Below are positions 44,618 to 55,554 of a DNA stretch of 64,000 nucleotides, piece by piece. A program made the translations under genes and the position numbers. The notes beneath the pieces are model-generated. The model was not told the DNA's origin. It ran no database searches and worked only from the letters and a program-made list of their open reading frames with translations. Numbering within the stretch: the stretch's first letter is position 1; each line of letters opens with the position of its first letter. Source of the stretch: a virus (taxonomy: Duplodnaviria; Caudoviricetes); IMG/VR virus record IMGVR_UViG_3300014205_000004, positions 32,001-96,000 of that record; one strand, 5' to 3'.

Positions 44618-45598
44618 ATGCCCAACGCAGGAAACCGTGGCCTCTCCCTCGCGGACAAGCAGGCGCTGTTCGCGGAGGCCAAGGACACGCTCAGTGCCAG
44701 CGAGTTCCAGAATGTTCTGGCCACCGCTGCCCTCGTCCCGATCGCCGAGCAGGTGATTGAGACCTCGATCGTCCGGAAGCTCTTCCAGACGGACCGCTTC
44801 AGCCAGGGTGCAACGATTCCCTACACGCTGAAGACCCGGATGAACGCTGCCGCGATCATCCCCAAGTTCGGCATGGCTCCGTCCATGATCGTTCGGCAGA
44901 ACCGCATCCAGGTCGAGCCGTACATCATCAGCCACAAGCACGAGATCAACCTCATCGACATCGAGGACGCGAACTACAACGTGGTCGCGGACTCGCTCGA
45001 AGACGCCGGCAAGGAAGTTGAGATCAAGGAAGACCAGGAAATCCTGCGCCTCCTCTCGACCTACGCCCCGGACGCTGGTGGTGGTTACCCCTCCACGACC
45101 GAGACCATTACGGTCACTGCCGGTCCGGGCGGTCAGGGCACCATGCTCAGCGCGAACGTCTTCCGCGTCGGCTCCTCGCAGACCGCCCCTGCGGGCGGTG
45201 TCGCTGGCGATCCGACCATCCAGAACGTCCAGGTCATGCAGTCGCACCTTCGGGAAATCGGCTACGAGCCTGACCAGGTCCTGACCAGCCCGTGGGGCAT
45301 GGGCAAGTTCAACGGCCAGGAGCTCTTCCTTCACGCCGACAAGCGCGGCAACAGCCGCACCCTCGATACCGGCATGGTCACCGACAGCCTCGGCGTCAAG
45401 TGGACCTGGAACCGCCTGGTACCGCGCAAGTCCATCTACATCATGGACACCGGTGAGCTCGCCCGCTGGGTGGAGCGCAACGGCCTGTCCATCAAGACCA
45501 GCGAACGCGACCTCATGGCCGAGTGGTTCATGTGGGAGCGGGCTTGCCCCTTCCTCCGGAACGCCAACGCGTACGGTCGCATCATCTTCAACACCTAA
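44618..45598 (+). CDS. major capsid protein (HK97 fold)
   Basis: 326 aa, optimal codons, EIKEDQEILRLL backbone helix; followed by a terminator. Confidence 0.88.
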   Translation: MPNAGNRGLSLADKQALFAEAKDTLSASEFQNVLATAALVPIAEQVIETSIVRKLFQTDRFSQGATIPYTLKTRMNAAAIIPKFGMAPSMIVRQNRIQVEPYIISHKHEINLIDIEDANYNVVADSLEDAGKEVEIKEDQEILRLLSTYAPDAGGGYPSTTETITVTAGPGGQGTMLSANVFRVGSSQTAPAGGVAGDPTIQNVQVMQSHLREIGYEPDQVLTSPWGMGKFNGQELFLHADKRGNSRTLDTGMVTDSLGVKWTWNRLVPRKSIYIMDTGELARWVERNGLSIKTSERDLMAEWFMWERACPFLRNANAYGRIIFNT

Positions 45599-45622
45599 AC
45601 CGAGGTCTTCGGTCAGAACCCC

Positions 45623-45652
45623 AAGAGGGTGGGCATACCGCCCACCCTCTTT
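45623..45652 (+). terminator. intrinsic terminator
   Basis: aagagggtgggc-atacc-gcccaccctcttt. Confidence 0.8.
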
Positions 45653-45872
45653 GCATAGGGAAAGGGTCCACCACATGTCCGCCAATGCGGCCGGCAAGAC
45701 CACCATCACGACAGGCTTCTCGCGCATCGCCCGCAGCCAGAAGTCGAGCTTCGCTTCGAAGGCCGACTGCGACTGCCTCTGCCACCAGGGAGCGGCTTCG
45801 CACCTTGAGCCGTGCGTGTGCGTGAGTACCTCTGAAACAGCTCAGAACACGATTCTACAGGGGTAATGTACG

Positions 45873-46502
45873 ATGGCTGACAAAGCGGTCATGGACCTGG
45901 TTGTAGACCTCAAGTCGGACCTTCATTCGGTCCTTCAGGTCTACGTGCCTGAGAAGCTCATGGCCGTCGAGGCTGACCTTCAAACGTGCACGGCGTGGGA
46001 ACAGAACTGGTACCAGCGCCCGCCCGCAATCATCTACAAGAACGGCGTTCCCATCTCCAGTGGGTTCGACATCGACTACGACACGGGCACGCTGTTCTTC
46101 TCGGTCGACCTCCTGGTGACTGACCGTATTACGGCGGAGTTCTTCTACTCGCCCTTCACGGATGAGCAGCTGACGACATTCCTGGAGCGGGCGTGCGCCG
46201 AGGTCGGTGCCAAGCTCAGCCTCGCGGTAGACACCCAGGCCATCCCGGACGCACTCCAGGCGCTCGTTGTCGACTTCGCGTACGTGCGCACCTTCACCGC
46301 GGTCATGGCCGAGACGGCGATGTACCACAAGTGGATCCGCGACGGTGTCGAGGTACACAAGGACATGGTCACCAAGAACCATCAGATGGTCCTCGCCGAG
46401 AAGCGTGCCGGTATGACCGACAGCATCAACAGGCTCAGGCTCTCGGGCTTGAGCGGCGGTCAGGTAGTTGCCACCACGGCGACTGCTCAAGACCTCCTCT
46501 AA
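45873..46502 (+). CDS. head-tail adaptor protein
   Basis: IDYDTGTLFF beta domain plus FTDEQLTTFL helical domain; position. Confidence 0.65.
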   Translation: MADKAVMDLVVDLKSDLHSVLQVYVPEKLMAVEADLQTCTAWEQNWYQRPPAIIYKNGVPISSGFDIDYDTGTLFFSVDLLVTDRITAEFFYSPFTDEQLTTFLERACAEVGAKLSLAVDTQAIPDALQALVVDFAYVRTFTAVMAETAMYHKWIRDGVEVHKDMVTKNHQMVLAEKRAGMTDSINRLRLSGLSGGQVVATTATAQDLL

Positions 46503-46513
46503 GGAAAAGGCAA

Positions 46514-46837
46514 ATGACATCAGAGGAACGGATTCAGCGCGGGATGGCCCCGAGCTTCTACCCGTACGGCAACGTGCCGGGGCCAGACTACGACTTCACC
46601 GACTACGCAGACTACGTCGACCACCTTGTCGTCAACCTGGGCGGTCCGCTGCGCATCTTCCGTGCGGCGATGCTCGACCTGGTCAGCATGATCTGCGTGA
46701 ACCCCGAGCAGAAGAAGGCCGCGCGAGACGTCGTCTTCTCGAAGTTCAAGGAGAACGCTGAACTGCTCGAAGCGTGGTGCAGGTTCTACGGCTTCGACGA
46801 CGAGACCGTGCTCTGCGCCATCAAAGGGTTGGACTAG
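46514..46837 (+). CDS. hypothetical protein
   Basis: AAGG RBS; 107 aa. Confidence 0.65.
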   Translation: MTSEERIQRGMAPSFYPYGNVPGPDYDFTDYADYVDHLVVNLGGPLRIFRAAMLDLVSMICVNPEQKKAARDVVFSKFKENAELLEAWCRFYGFDDETVLCAIKGLD

Positions 46838-47215
46838 ATGTACCCGGATGGTCGCGGCATGTCGTTCGACACGGACGAGCAGACGTTCGTGTTCGACATT
46901 GGCCGAGTGCGCCAGCCTGCGGCGAACCAGAAGTTCCGCGAGGAGACCGTCCTCGCAGGCGTCCGGGGCTCCATCTTCTCAGCCATCTTCACACGCAAGC
47001 AGGTAACGCCGGCTGGCCCTATCTCCGAAGCATCCTGGGTGGCGCACGTGCGTCTTCCCGTGACCTTCGAGCCACGCACCGGTGACCGAATCATCAACGT
47101 CCGTGTCGCGCGCACAGGTCGTGCGGGCCGGTGGGAGACCCTCCGCATCGTGTTCGTCCAGCAGATGGGCGAGCGCGATTACCACCTGTGGCTCAAGGAA
47201 GACGTGGTCAAGTAA
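46838..47215 (+). CDS. head closure/stopper protein
   Basis: PRTGDRI beta-barrel pattern; position. Confidence 0.6.
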   Translation: MYPDGRGMSFDTDEQTFVFDIGRVRQPAANQKFREETVLAGVRGSIFSAIFTRKQVTPAGPISEASWVAHVRLPVTFEPRTGDRIINVRVARTGRAGRWETLRIVFVQQMGERDYHLWLKEDVVK

Positions 47216-48207
47216 TGAGGTACCTGAGTCAGAGCGAAGTGTTCGAGGTCGTGCGTTCTTCGATCGGCACGCTGCGGGCCCGCGGCCAAATCCCTCAGCT
47301 GATGGAGCAGGCGTTCTACAACCACGCCCAGACTCTCGTGCGTATCATGGAACCGGTTACCCCGTCCAGCGCTCGCGGCAAGTACGTCGTCAGGAAGCAG
47401 GGCAACGTGGCCGGCGCTGACGGACGTGCCATCAAAGGCAGGCAGGTAGCTGCCATCCAGATCATCAACACCGACCCTGCCTTCGGCACCTACCTCACGG
47501 GTTCCGCAACCAAGAACGTCGAAAAACCGTCTGGACCGTACAAAATCTTCCCGAAGAAGTCTGGCGGATTCCTCAAGATCGGGGGCCCCAACATATTCGC
47601 CCGCGGCGTCGCTGGCGAGGCCAGGACGCCCACGCGCCCGAGCTGGAGGCCGACCGACCTTTTCGCAGATCAGACAAAGAACAAGCGCGGTGTGCTCTCT
47701 GGCGGTGTACCTATTCGCGACGGCGAAGCCCTTGGTCCTGAGTCCGGTGTGTTTCGTTCCGTAACCAATATCACCTACGGCCGCGGAAAGATGAACGTGC
47801 GGACAGGGAAGCAAGTCAAGTCCTTCAGGTTCAGCACCAGAAAGGGATCGTCAAAGACAGGCCGTCCGTTCTCGCCGGGCGACATGGTGGTCAGATACGT
47901 CTCGAAGCACCCTGGCCGGCTGCCGGCCTTTGCTCTCCGCGACATGATCCTGTCGTTCGGAGAGTTTGAAGCCGACGGGGGACTGCCGGGAGCCGTTCTC
48001 GAATCTTTGCAGAAGTACATGGAAGCCGGCGAGCCGCGCATGGTGATGCAGGAACACGTACCTGTCGGCAACAGACGTATGGACGTGCCTGGCTTTGAGC
48101 ACCGATTCGCTGGCTATCGCCGCGCGGGCGGAACGTTCATGCCTCTCGTGGACGAAATGGTAATCGTCCTGCACGGGCGTCTCAAGATTGGAAGGACCAG
48201 GAAGTAA
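47215..48207 (+). CDS. neck / tail-completion protein (basic)
   Basis: TP..S...VSKHPG motifs; position. Confidence 0.55.
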   Translation: MRYLSQSEVFEVVRSSIGTLRARGQIPQLMEQAFYNHAQTLVRIMEPVTPSSARGKYVVRKQGNVAGADGRAIKGRQVAAIQIINTDPAFGTYLTGSATKNVEKPSGPYKIFPKKSGGFLKIGGPNIFARGVAGEARTPTRPSWRPTDLFADQTKNKRGVLSGGVPIRDGEALGPESGVFRSVTNITYGRGKMNVRTGKQVKSFRFSTRKGSSKTGRPFSPGDMVVRYVSKHPGRLPAFALRDMILSFGEFEADGGLPGAVLESLQKYMEAGEPRMVMQEHVPVGNRRMDVPGFEHRFAGYRRAGGTFMPLVDEMVIVLHGRLKIGRTRK

Positions 48208-48731
48208 TGGCACGAGCATACATGAAGGTCGCAAACGACATCGCCAACCTGCTGAAGATCGCCCGCGTACCGTCAACTGGCGCGACATTGACGACGACTT
48301 CTGGCGACGGGACGCTGACGTTCATCTCGACCCGGGTGTCTGAGTGGGAGACGATTTTGAATCAGCTTCCGTGCATCTACGTCGATATCGATGAGCAGGC
48401 AATCGAGTACATACCGACTGACCAAGGTTACTACCGATTGATTCCGGTACTCATCATGGTGTATATTCCTATACAGGACACTGAGCTCGACACCCCTGAG
48501 GAACGAGCCGATGAAGACGTCCGTGCTGATGAGGACGTGAAGACAATCTTCGAGCACATCGAAGAGATCATCAACGCCCACACCACGCAGAAGGCCATCG
48601 CCAACACGACTCTCCAGTTGGTCAGCGGTGGCATCCCGTACGAGCCGTTCTACGGGAATGATGAGGCAACAGGCATCAGCGTCCGAGTAGCAATGCTCCA
48701 GCTGTCAGCCCTCCAACTCATCCTCCCTTAA
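48207..48731 (+). CDS. tail terminator protein
   Basis: LPCIYV; acidic; precedes the tail tube gene. Confidence 0.6.
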   Translation: MARAYMKVANDIANLLKIARVPSTGATLTTTSGDGTLTFISTRVSEWETILNQLPCIYVDIDEQAIEYIPTDQGYYRLIPVLIMVYIPIQDTELDTPEERADEDVRADEDVKTIFEHIEEIINAHTTQKAIANTTLQLVSGGIPYEPFYGNDEATGISVRVAMLQLSALQLILP

Positions 48732-48769
48732 GCCATGCACTCCTCATAGGGCGTTCCCACTGAAAACAG

Positions 48770-48797
48770 CCCACCGAGACACCCGGTGGGCATTTTT
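48770..48797 (+). terminator. intrinsic terminator
   Basis: gcccaccg...cggtgggcattttt. Confidence 0.7.
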
Positions 48798-48820
48798 CAC
48801 GTTCCGGAGGAACACCCAAA

Positions 48821-49693
48821 ATGGCAAAAGACCCCTCTTCGGTAGCACGAGCGGGCGCGTTCAAGAAGACTCACGGCGGTCCTGGCCTGATCTTCCTGGG
48901 CGACTTCGGCACGACCTTCCCGGACCATCCGGACGACGTCATTGACTTCGCCGGCGGTGTCTCGCAGTTCACCCCCAAGGCGGGCTGGACGGCGCTCGGT
49001 ATGACGAGCGGTGGCGTGACCGTCACCCGCGGCTTCGAGAAGGTCGACCGTATGGCCGACCAGACGTACGGCCCGTTCGACTTCCGCCCCACCCAGTGGA
49101 CCACCCAGGTCTCCACCGAACTCGTGCAGACGGACCTCGCGGCCCTCAAGTACGCCTGGCACGGCAATGCGCCGGCTGTCACGGCGGCGGGTACGAACAG
49201 CTTGATCGCCACGAACGCGGTTACCATCAACGACACCGTCATCGACGTCACGACCAGCGATGGTGCGGACTTCAGTGTCGGCGACATTCTCACCGTTGGC
49301 GAAGGTGCGTCGCAGGAGTACGTCAAGGTCCTCTCGAAGGTCTCGGACGCGCTTACCCTCACCACCGGCACGATCTACGCACACGCCATTGGCGAACCGG
49401 TCCGCAGGCTCGAAGTGCAGGCTGCTGGCTTCGGCACGCGGCGCATCGTGGAGCCGCAGCTCGTGGCAATCATCTGCCCGCTCGTCGAAGAGACGGCCGG
49501 CGTGATTACGCAGGGCTACCGCATGTACGCCATCCGCAAGGCCAAGCTCGACGCCGGCCAGCGCGCCATCAACCACAGCAACACCCAGGACTGGACCATC
49601 CCGATCAGCTTCATGGCCTTCCCGGACCTCGATGTCGCGGATATGGACAACGACACCATGACCGTCATCGACATGGTGGTGGCGACGCCCTAA
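48821..49693 (+). CDS. major tail (tube) protein with inserted beta domain
   Basis: WTALGMTSGGVTVT...DQ; GGAGG RBS. Confidence 0.85.
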   Translation: MAKDPSSVARAGAFKKTHGGPGLIFLGDFGTTFPDHPDDVIDFAGGVSQFTPKAGWTALGMTSGGVTVTRGFEKVDRMADQTYGPFDFRPTQWTTQVSTELVQTDLAALKYAWHGNAPAVTAAGTNSLIATNAVTINDTVIDVTTSDGADFSVGDILTVGEGASQEYVKVLSKVSDALTLTTGTIYAHAIGEPVRRLEVQAAGFGTRRIVEPQLVAIICPLVEETAGVITQGYRMYAIRKAKLDAGQRAINHSNTQDWTIPISFMAFPDLDVADMDNDTMTVIDMVVATP

Positions 49694-49763
49694 TCCCTAA
49701 CGCTCGGGTGGGAGCACCAACGGACGGTGCTCCCACTCCATTCCCAACCAAGGAAACGGAAAC

Positions 49764-50249
49764 GTGTCAGAAGAGTTCCTCCCCGAACCCAGGCAGATCG
49801 CCCTGGGTACTTCTTTGTTCGACGTGGTCCCTCAGCCGATCGCGCGCGTCAAGCGCTTCAAGGTCGCGTGGAGCCACGCCTTCGAAAACTTCAACCGCCT
49901 CGAAGCAGACTTCCGAGACTTGCGTGACACGGACGAGACCGTCGACTCCGACGTCATGTTCGACAAGATCGCTGATTTCGCTCTGGAGATTCCGTACGAA
50001 CTCCTCGAAATCGCCATCCCCGATCTCCCGAAGAGTCTGTTCGAAGACGAAGTCAACGGCGTCACGTTTCCTCAGGTCTACGCAGCCTTTGACGTGATCC
50101 TCGAAGTCAACGACTTGGAGGTCCTCAAGAAGATCACCCCTTTATTCCGGGATATGATCCTGAGTATCGACCCACGACGCGAGAGGATGATCGCTTCACT
50201 GAGGACCGCCTCATCGCCCGAGCAGCCGTCAGAGCAAACCTCAGCCTAG
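49764..50249 (+). CDS. tail assembly chaperone (gpG-like)
   Basis: Located between tail tube and tape measure; acidic. Confidence 0.8.
   Translation: MSEEFLPEPRQIALGTSLFDVVPQPIARVKRFKVAWSHAFENFNRLEADFRDLRDTDETVDSDVMFDKIADFALEIPYELLEIAIPDLPKSLFEDEVNGVTFPQVYAAFDVILEVNDLEVLKKITPLFRDMILSIDPRRERMIASLRTASSPEQPSEQTSA
50138..50144 (+). promoter_or_regulatory. -1 ribosomal frameshift heptamer C CCT TTA
   Basis: In-frame X XXY YYZ; the -1 frame is open to 50635. Confidence 0.8.
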
Positions 50250-50635
50250 AAGACATCCTGGACGACCGAAAAGGTCTGACACCGCGGCAACTCGTGGTCC
50301 TCTGCCAGGAGATCGACTACCAGGACGACATCAGTCTGGCAACACAGCTGCAAGCTGGCGCGATGAGCGTAACAGCCCTCGCCAGCGTCATGGCGATGAT
50401 CATGGGCGGGACGTCAGAAGGCGTCGACCCGATGAATCCAGTACACAACATGCTGGAGCTCGTCCAGACCCTACTTACAGGTGAGAAGAGTCAAGCCCAG
50501 CTAGAAGCTCAAGCGATGAGTGAACGGGAGAAAGAACTCCAGGCCGAACTTCTGGACCACCCGATGTTCCAGAAGTTCCGTGCGGGCCAGCGAGGAGAGA
50601 AGTACCCGTGGCATCTCGAATCTTCCAGCAAATAG
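50138..50635 (+). CDS. tail assembly chaperone frameshift extension (gpGT-like)
   Basis: -1 frame PFIPGYDPEY...VVLCQEIDY...; includes track ORF 50294-50635. Confidence 0.75.
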   Translation, partial: PFIPGYDPEYRPTTREDDRFTEDRLIARAAVRANLSLEDILDDRKGLTPRQLVVLCQEIDYQDDISLATQLQAGAMSVTALASVMAMIMGGTSEGVDPMNPVHNMLELVQTLLTGEKSQAQLEAQAMSEREKELQAELLDHPMFQKFRAGQRGEKYPWHLESSSK

Positions 50636-53600
50636 TCATTGCCCTTACCGGGGAGACGGACGACCTCGAAGGGAAAATGGAAGCGGTCGACAAGCGCCTT
50701 GCGGCGCTGTCGTCCCGCGCCGCTGCACGGGAAAAGCAGTACCAGGACCAGCTCACCGCTCTCGCAAACAAGCGTCTCGACCTTGAAGCAAAGAGGGCCC
50801 GCCTGGAGAAGGCCGACATCGCGCAGATGGCGCACTCGGCCGACCAGCGCATCAAGACCAACAACAAGATCGCCCAGACCGAAAGCCGCATCAACGAGCT
50901 GATCGCCAAGCGTACCGAGCTTGACATGCGTGCCACGGATGCACGCAATAACAGTGCCCGCAAGCAGACGAAAATAGACGGCACCTCGCGTAACCTCGCC
51001 GCCAAAGGCGAGGTCCTCGAAACCCGGAAGGTCAAGCTCGACTTTGACCTCGAAAAGGCTGGCCGCGAGGTCGACAGGCTCTTCGATCGTGTTGAAGCAA
51101 ACTTTATCAGGATGCGTGGCGCGCTCGACCGTGACAAAGGGCAGTCTGCTTCCGCCTTCCTCGCCTTCGACAAGGCGGATAAGGCTGCCGAAGCAGTCGA
51201 GGAGCTAGTTGAAGGCACTGAACGCTACAAGAAGGTCCTCGCCAGCATCAATGCGATGCCAGATGAGGACAAGCGGAATGCAGCCCTCTCCAGGTGGTCA
51301 GAGATTGCTGAGAAGGCCACGCGCATCCAGATTGCCCGCAATGCTGCCTTGGACAAATGGACGGCTTCGAACGACGCCGTAACGATCGCCGAAAAGGCGC
51401 TGGCGGATGCGGAAGCTGCTCGCAGTAAGCAAGGGCAGCAGCGCACCGACGCACAAATCCGTGCGGAGCAGATGCTGCTCAACCTCGTCAAAGAGGAAGT
51501 CAACATCGGTATGCGGGCGACCGAGATCGAAGTCGCTGGGGAACGGGCACGGCAGAACAAGCTAAGCGCTCTCGCACTCGAAGCTCGGCAGCTGCGGGAC
51601 ATTGCCGCTGCCCGTCAGCGCGTCGACGACCTGCTCTCCGCTCGCAGAGGAGACAAAGCCGCTTATCAGTCTGGCCTCAACAACATCGATGCTAAAGACG
51701 TCAAAGCAGCGACTGAGTACAACGAAGCCATCGCAAAGCTGGATCGCGAGATTGCCACGCTCATCCCTCAGGCCGATCGCCTGGAGGCTGAGTACAAAGC
51801 AGCGATGGACGCTATCGCCCACCACACCAAGCTGGCAGAGAACGAGTTCGACAAGTTCAACAAGAAAGCCGGTAAGGCGTCCGGCGATAGTGCATTCGCT
51901 GGTGGTGTGAAGAAGGGAACCAGCCAGGCTTTCGAGCGCGTCTTTGGCGTACCGTTCAGCACCCTCAAAGACGTAATCACGAGCCCGGCCAAGCTGCTTG
52001 CCGGGCTTGGAGCCGGTATTGGCTTCATGGGGACCGGGCTGATCTTCAAGATGTTCACAGCCCCGTTCAAACTAGCGACTCTTGCCGCGGGATCCTTCTT
52101 CAAGGTCATGAACTCTGGCGTTGGCCAGATGAAGCAGTGGATTGGCCAGGCGCACGCATGGAACATGGAGATTCTCCAGTTCAGCGTGCAGACGGGCGTC
52201 GCAGTGAAAGACGCCTCCGAGTTCGTCTCGGTCTTCAAGGTCCTCGGACTGAACACGATGTTCACGTCCATCGGTATCGGTGGTCTCTCGAAGGAGATTG
52301 CGGCCAACAACAAGTACCTGACGTCCATGGGTATCGCCACGCGCGACGCCAACGGTGCTCTGCGCTCTACTGCGGACGTCATCAAGGACCTCCGGACTCA
52401 GTACCACAGCCTGAACGAAGAGGGTAAGCGCGGCTTCCTCTCAAACATCAACAACGTCCTCCCGTTCGCATCCACGCTCCTCCCGATGATCACGATGGAC
52501 CCGAAGATCATCGACAGTCTCCGGGAGATGAACGTCATCCTGGATGAAACAGAGCAGCGCGACATGAACCGTGTCAGCGCATCCATTTCTGCCCTGCAGA
52601 TGACAGGCCAGGGCCTGGCGAACACGTTCGCCACGGCGGTCTCGCCGGCTATCTCCGACTTCGCGAACATCATCATTGACCTCGTCCAGCGTCACATGGG
52701 CAGCATCCAGAACTTCTTCCGGATGATCTCCGACAACGTCCAGGACCTGCTCTTCATGCTTGGCCTGTTTGACCAGATGACCGATCGCATCGGCGGGTTC
52801 TCGGATGCGATGACGTTGGGCGCTGAGAGCGGCGCGGGCATGATGGACCCGTACGCCGAGAGCATCAATCAGACCGACGCGGCCCTCAAGACGCTCCGCG
52901 AAAGCGTCGACGACACCAATGCGTTGATGGAGGACCAGCAGGACATCGTTGATGAACTCCGTGACTCGATGGAAGGTGAGCTCGAAGTCATCAACGACCT
53001 CAAAGAAGGCGTGAAGGATGCGCTCGAAGCGCAGATGAAGCCTCTCGAAGACAGCATCAAGCTGCTCGAAGAGCGCAAGGAGAAGTGGGAAGAAGACAAG
53101 GAAGCGGCTAGCCGGGCGATCGACGCTGAGATTGGTCTCCTGGAACTCCAGAACCAGATCATCGAGCGCAACATGCAGAACGCCACGCGTCCGCTGCGCT
53201 CACGCCTGACGAGTCTCAACCAGCAGAAAGATGCCCTGGACAAGGACAACGGCACCAAGGCGCTCAAGGACCAGATCGACGCAATCAAGAAGGCGAGCGA
53301 GGCGACCGACCGCGCGCTGCGCAACTCTTCGAAGGGCGCGAAGGACGCGCTGCAGGCGCAGATCAAAGCCATTCAGCGCGCGCAGGACGAGTACGAGCGC
53401 GGCCTGGAAGACCAGAAGAAGCTGCTCGAAGACCAAATCACTGCAATCGAAGCCGTCAGTGACGCAGCCGAAGCCGCGGCCAAAGAGCAGGAGTACTGGG
53501 ACCGGCGCGCCTACCTCATGGGGCAGAGCCTCCTCGCACAGGCGGAAGCTCGGGCCCGCGCGCTGAACGACCGTCAGTCGCGTAGCCGGCAGGACGGCGA

Positions 53601-55554
53601 GTCCGACATCGACTACCAGCTGCGTATGATGCAGCTGAGCGAAGCGAACAACATCGACAACCTGCAGCGCCAGGAAGAACTCGCCGGCCTTGAGCGCCAG
53701 CGTAGCCTCGACCTGTTGAACGCTGCTCGCGAAGCTCAGATCAACCTCATCAAGGACGAGATTGACGAGATTGAGCGCCTCGCTGACCTCCGCAAGGCGG
53801 CAGACGATGCTGCCATCGATGCTATCCAGCAACAGATTGATCTCATCGAGCAGCGCGAGCAGGCTGCGTCAGATGCGGCCGCGGCGCGCAAGGAAGCCGA
53901 AGACGACGCGATTGCTGCGCTCGAAGCGCAGATCGACGCCATCGAGGAAATCTCCGACGCGCAGCAGCAGGCTATTGAAGACCAGATCACTGCAGTCGAG
54001 GACCAGATTGAGGCAGCTGAGAACGCCGCCGAGGCACAGGTCGACGCGAACGAAGCAGTCCTGGAGTCCTGGAAGCGCCTGAAGCAGGCCAAGGAAGACT
54101 ACTACACGTACTACGCCGGCAACCCTGAAGCGGAGGGCCTGGCCAACCAGAAGATTGCGAAAGAGCAGGAACTGCTCGAAGTCAACAAGCAGATCGCTGC
54201 GGGTGTTGCCGGTGGGTCCGATGTCGAGTCCCTGCGCAGCCGCGCCAACTCCATCGCGAACGAAATCGCGGCTCTCGAAGCGCGCCTCATCACGATGCAG
54301 TCCGGTGGGGTTGTTGGGGGCACGTCGCTCATCGACAAGCAGATCGACGACATCAACAAGATCAAGGACGCACAGAAGGAGGCCGCGGACCTTCGCCTAG
54401 AACAGCTGGACGATGAGGCCGAGAAGATTCGCGACATCTACGAGCCGCAAATCGAAGCCATCCAGGAGATCATCGAGGGCTACCAGGACCAGACCAAGGA
54501 GATCCAGGCCAAGATCAAGGAAATGGAGCGCGAGAAGGCGTATGCGGAAGAACTCCGCGTGGCCGAGAGCGCGCGCATCCAGAACACGAAGAAAGAACTC
54601 GGTGAGCTCGAAGAGTCTCTCCGTAAGGCGAACACCATCGGTGGCCGGCTCGGCACGACGCTGCGCCACATCTTCATCGACCCGTTCTCGTCTCCAAAGC
54701 AGCGGGCCCTGGAAGACGCCGAGTCGGACTATCGCATTGCTAACCAGGGCAACCCCGACGCTGTGCCGTTCAGCCAGTCGCCTGTGGCCATGATCATCCA
54801 GAACAACCCGTTCCTGAGTGACGAAAAGCCCAGCCTCGGTAAGGCGATCGGTGAGATGCTCGACCGCTCCTGGTACGAGATCAAGCCGTACATGGAGAAG
54901 TTCGGCGAGCTTATGGGTCAGGCCATCATCAAGGGGATGGGTATGGCCCTCAGCTCTGGCGGTAAGGCCTTGCTGGGCAAGTTCGACCCGACTGACAAGA
55001 ACTCGTGGTGGTACCGCTTCCCCGGTACAGCGAACAACGACTCTTGGATGGATGCCATCTTCGGTGGCGTTACGAATTACTCCGCCCCGTCTAGGCTCTT
55101 CGCCGGCCTGGCTGGCGTAATGGCCGGCAACGCTAAGGGCGACTTCGTCAGCACACCGACAATGTCGATGCTCGCGGAAGGTGGCTTCCCTGAAGCCGTC
55201 ATCTCGACCGACCCGAAGTACGCCAACCGGTCACGCGCCATCCTCAGGACCTTCTTCGCGAAGGCCAACGAGACAGGGGCCACTCCCGGTATTCTGGGTA
55301 TGGACAAGAGCATCTCCGGGCTTCACGGAAGCGGCCGGTCCGTAGCAGGTATTGATGCGCGCATGGGTGGCTCTCTCGCAGCGCTAGGAGCCACGACAGG
55401 CGGAGACACGTACAACTTCTCGGTCGGCGACATCTACGCGAATACGAAAGAGGACAGCGAAGCGATCAGCCAGGCGATTACTGGCGAGTTCCGCAAGTTC
55501 ATCGATTCGTTGCCGGCTCACGCGAAGGCAATGGAATTGCAGAAGGTGCGGTAA
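50608..55554 (+). CDS. tape measure protein
   Basis: 1648 aa, Ala-rich coiled coil; C-terminal AEGGFPEAVI motif. Confidence 0.95.
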   Translation: MASRIFQQIVIALTGETDDLEGKMEAVDKRLAALSSRAAAREKQYQDQLTALANKRLDLEAKRARLEKADIAQMAHSADQRIKTNNKIAQTESRINELIAKRTELDMRATDARNNSARKQTKIDGTSRNLAAKGEVLETRKVKLDFDLEKAGREVDRLFDRVEANFIRMRGALDRDKGQSASAFLAFDKADKAAEAVEELVEGTERYKKVLASINAMPDEDKRNAALSRWSEIAEKATRIQIARNAALDKWTASNDAVTIAEKALADAEAARSKQGQQRTDAQIRAEQMLLNLVKEEVNIGMRATEIEVAGERARQNKLSALALEARQLRDIAAARQRVDDLLSARRGDKAAYQSGLNNIDAKDVKAATEYNEAIAKLDREIATLIPQADRLEAEYKAAMDAIAHHTKLAENEFDKFNKKAGKASGDSAFAGGVKKGTSQAFERVFGVPFSTLKDVITSPAKLLAGLGAGIGFMGTGLIFKMFTAPFKLATLAAGSFFKVMNSGVGQMKQWIGQAHAWNMEILQFSVQTGVAVKDASEFVSVFKVLGLNTMFTSIGIGGLSKEIAANNKYLTSMGIATRDANGALRSTADVIKDLRTQYHSLNEEGKRGFLSNINNVLPFASTLLPMITMDPKIIDSLREMNVILDETEQRDMNRVSASISALQMTGQGLANTFATAVSPAISDFANIIIDLVQRHMGSIQNFFRMISDNVQDLLFMLGLFDQMTDRIGGFSDAMTLGAESGAGMMDPYAESINQTDAALKTLRESVDDTNALMEDQQDIVDELRDSMEGELEVINDLKEGVKDALEAQMKPLEDSIKLLEERKEKWEEDKEAASRAIDAEIGLLELQNQIIERNMQNATRPLRSRLTSLNQQKDALDKDNGTKALKDQIDAIKKASEATDRALRNSSKGAKDALQAQIKAIQRAQDEYERGLEDQKKLLEDQITAIEAVSDAAEAAAKEQEYWDRRAYLMGQSLLAQAEARARALNDRQSRSRQDGESDIDYQLRMMQLSEANNIDNLQRQEELAGLERQRSLDLLNAAREAQINLIKDEIDEIERLADLRKAADDAAIDAIQQQIDLIEQREQAASDAAAARKEAEDDAIAALEAQIDAIEEISDAQQQAIEDQITAVEDQIEAAENAAEAQVDANEAVLESWKRLKQAKEDYYTYYAGNPEAEGLANQKIAKEQELLEVNKQIAAGVAGGSDVESLRSRANSIANEIAALEARLITMQSGGVVGGTSLIDKQIDDINKIKDAQKEAADLRLEQLDDEAEKIRDIYEPQIEAIQEIIEGYQDQTKEIQAKIKEMEREKAYAEELRVAESARIQNTKKELGELEESLRKANTIGGRLGTTLRHIFIDPFSSPKQRALEDAESDYRIANQGNPDAVPFSQSPVAMIIQNNPFLSDEKPSLGKAIGEMLDRSWYEIKPYMEKFGELMGQAIIKGMGMALSSGGKALLGKFDPTDKNSWWYRFPGTANNDSWMDAIFGGVTNYSAPSRLFAGLAGVMAGNAKGDFVSTPTMSMLAEGGFPEAVISTDPKYANRSRAILRTFFAKANETGATPGILGMDKSISGLHGSGRSVAGIDARMGGSLAALGATTGGDTYNFSVGDIYANTKEDSEAISQAITGEFRKFIDSLPAHAKAMELQKVR

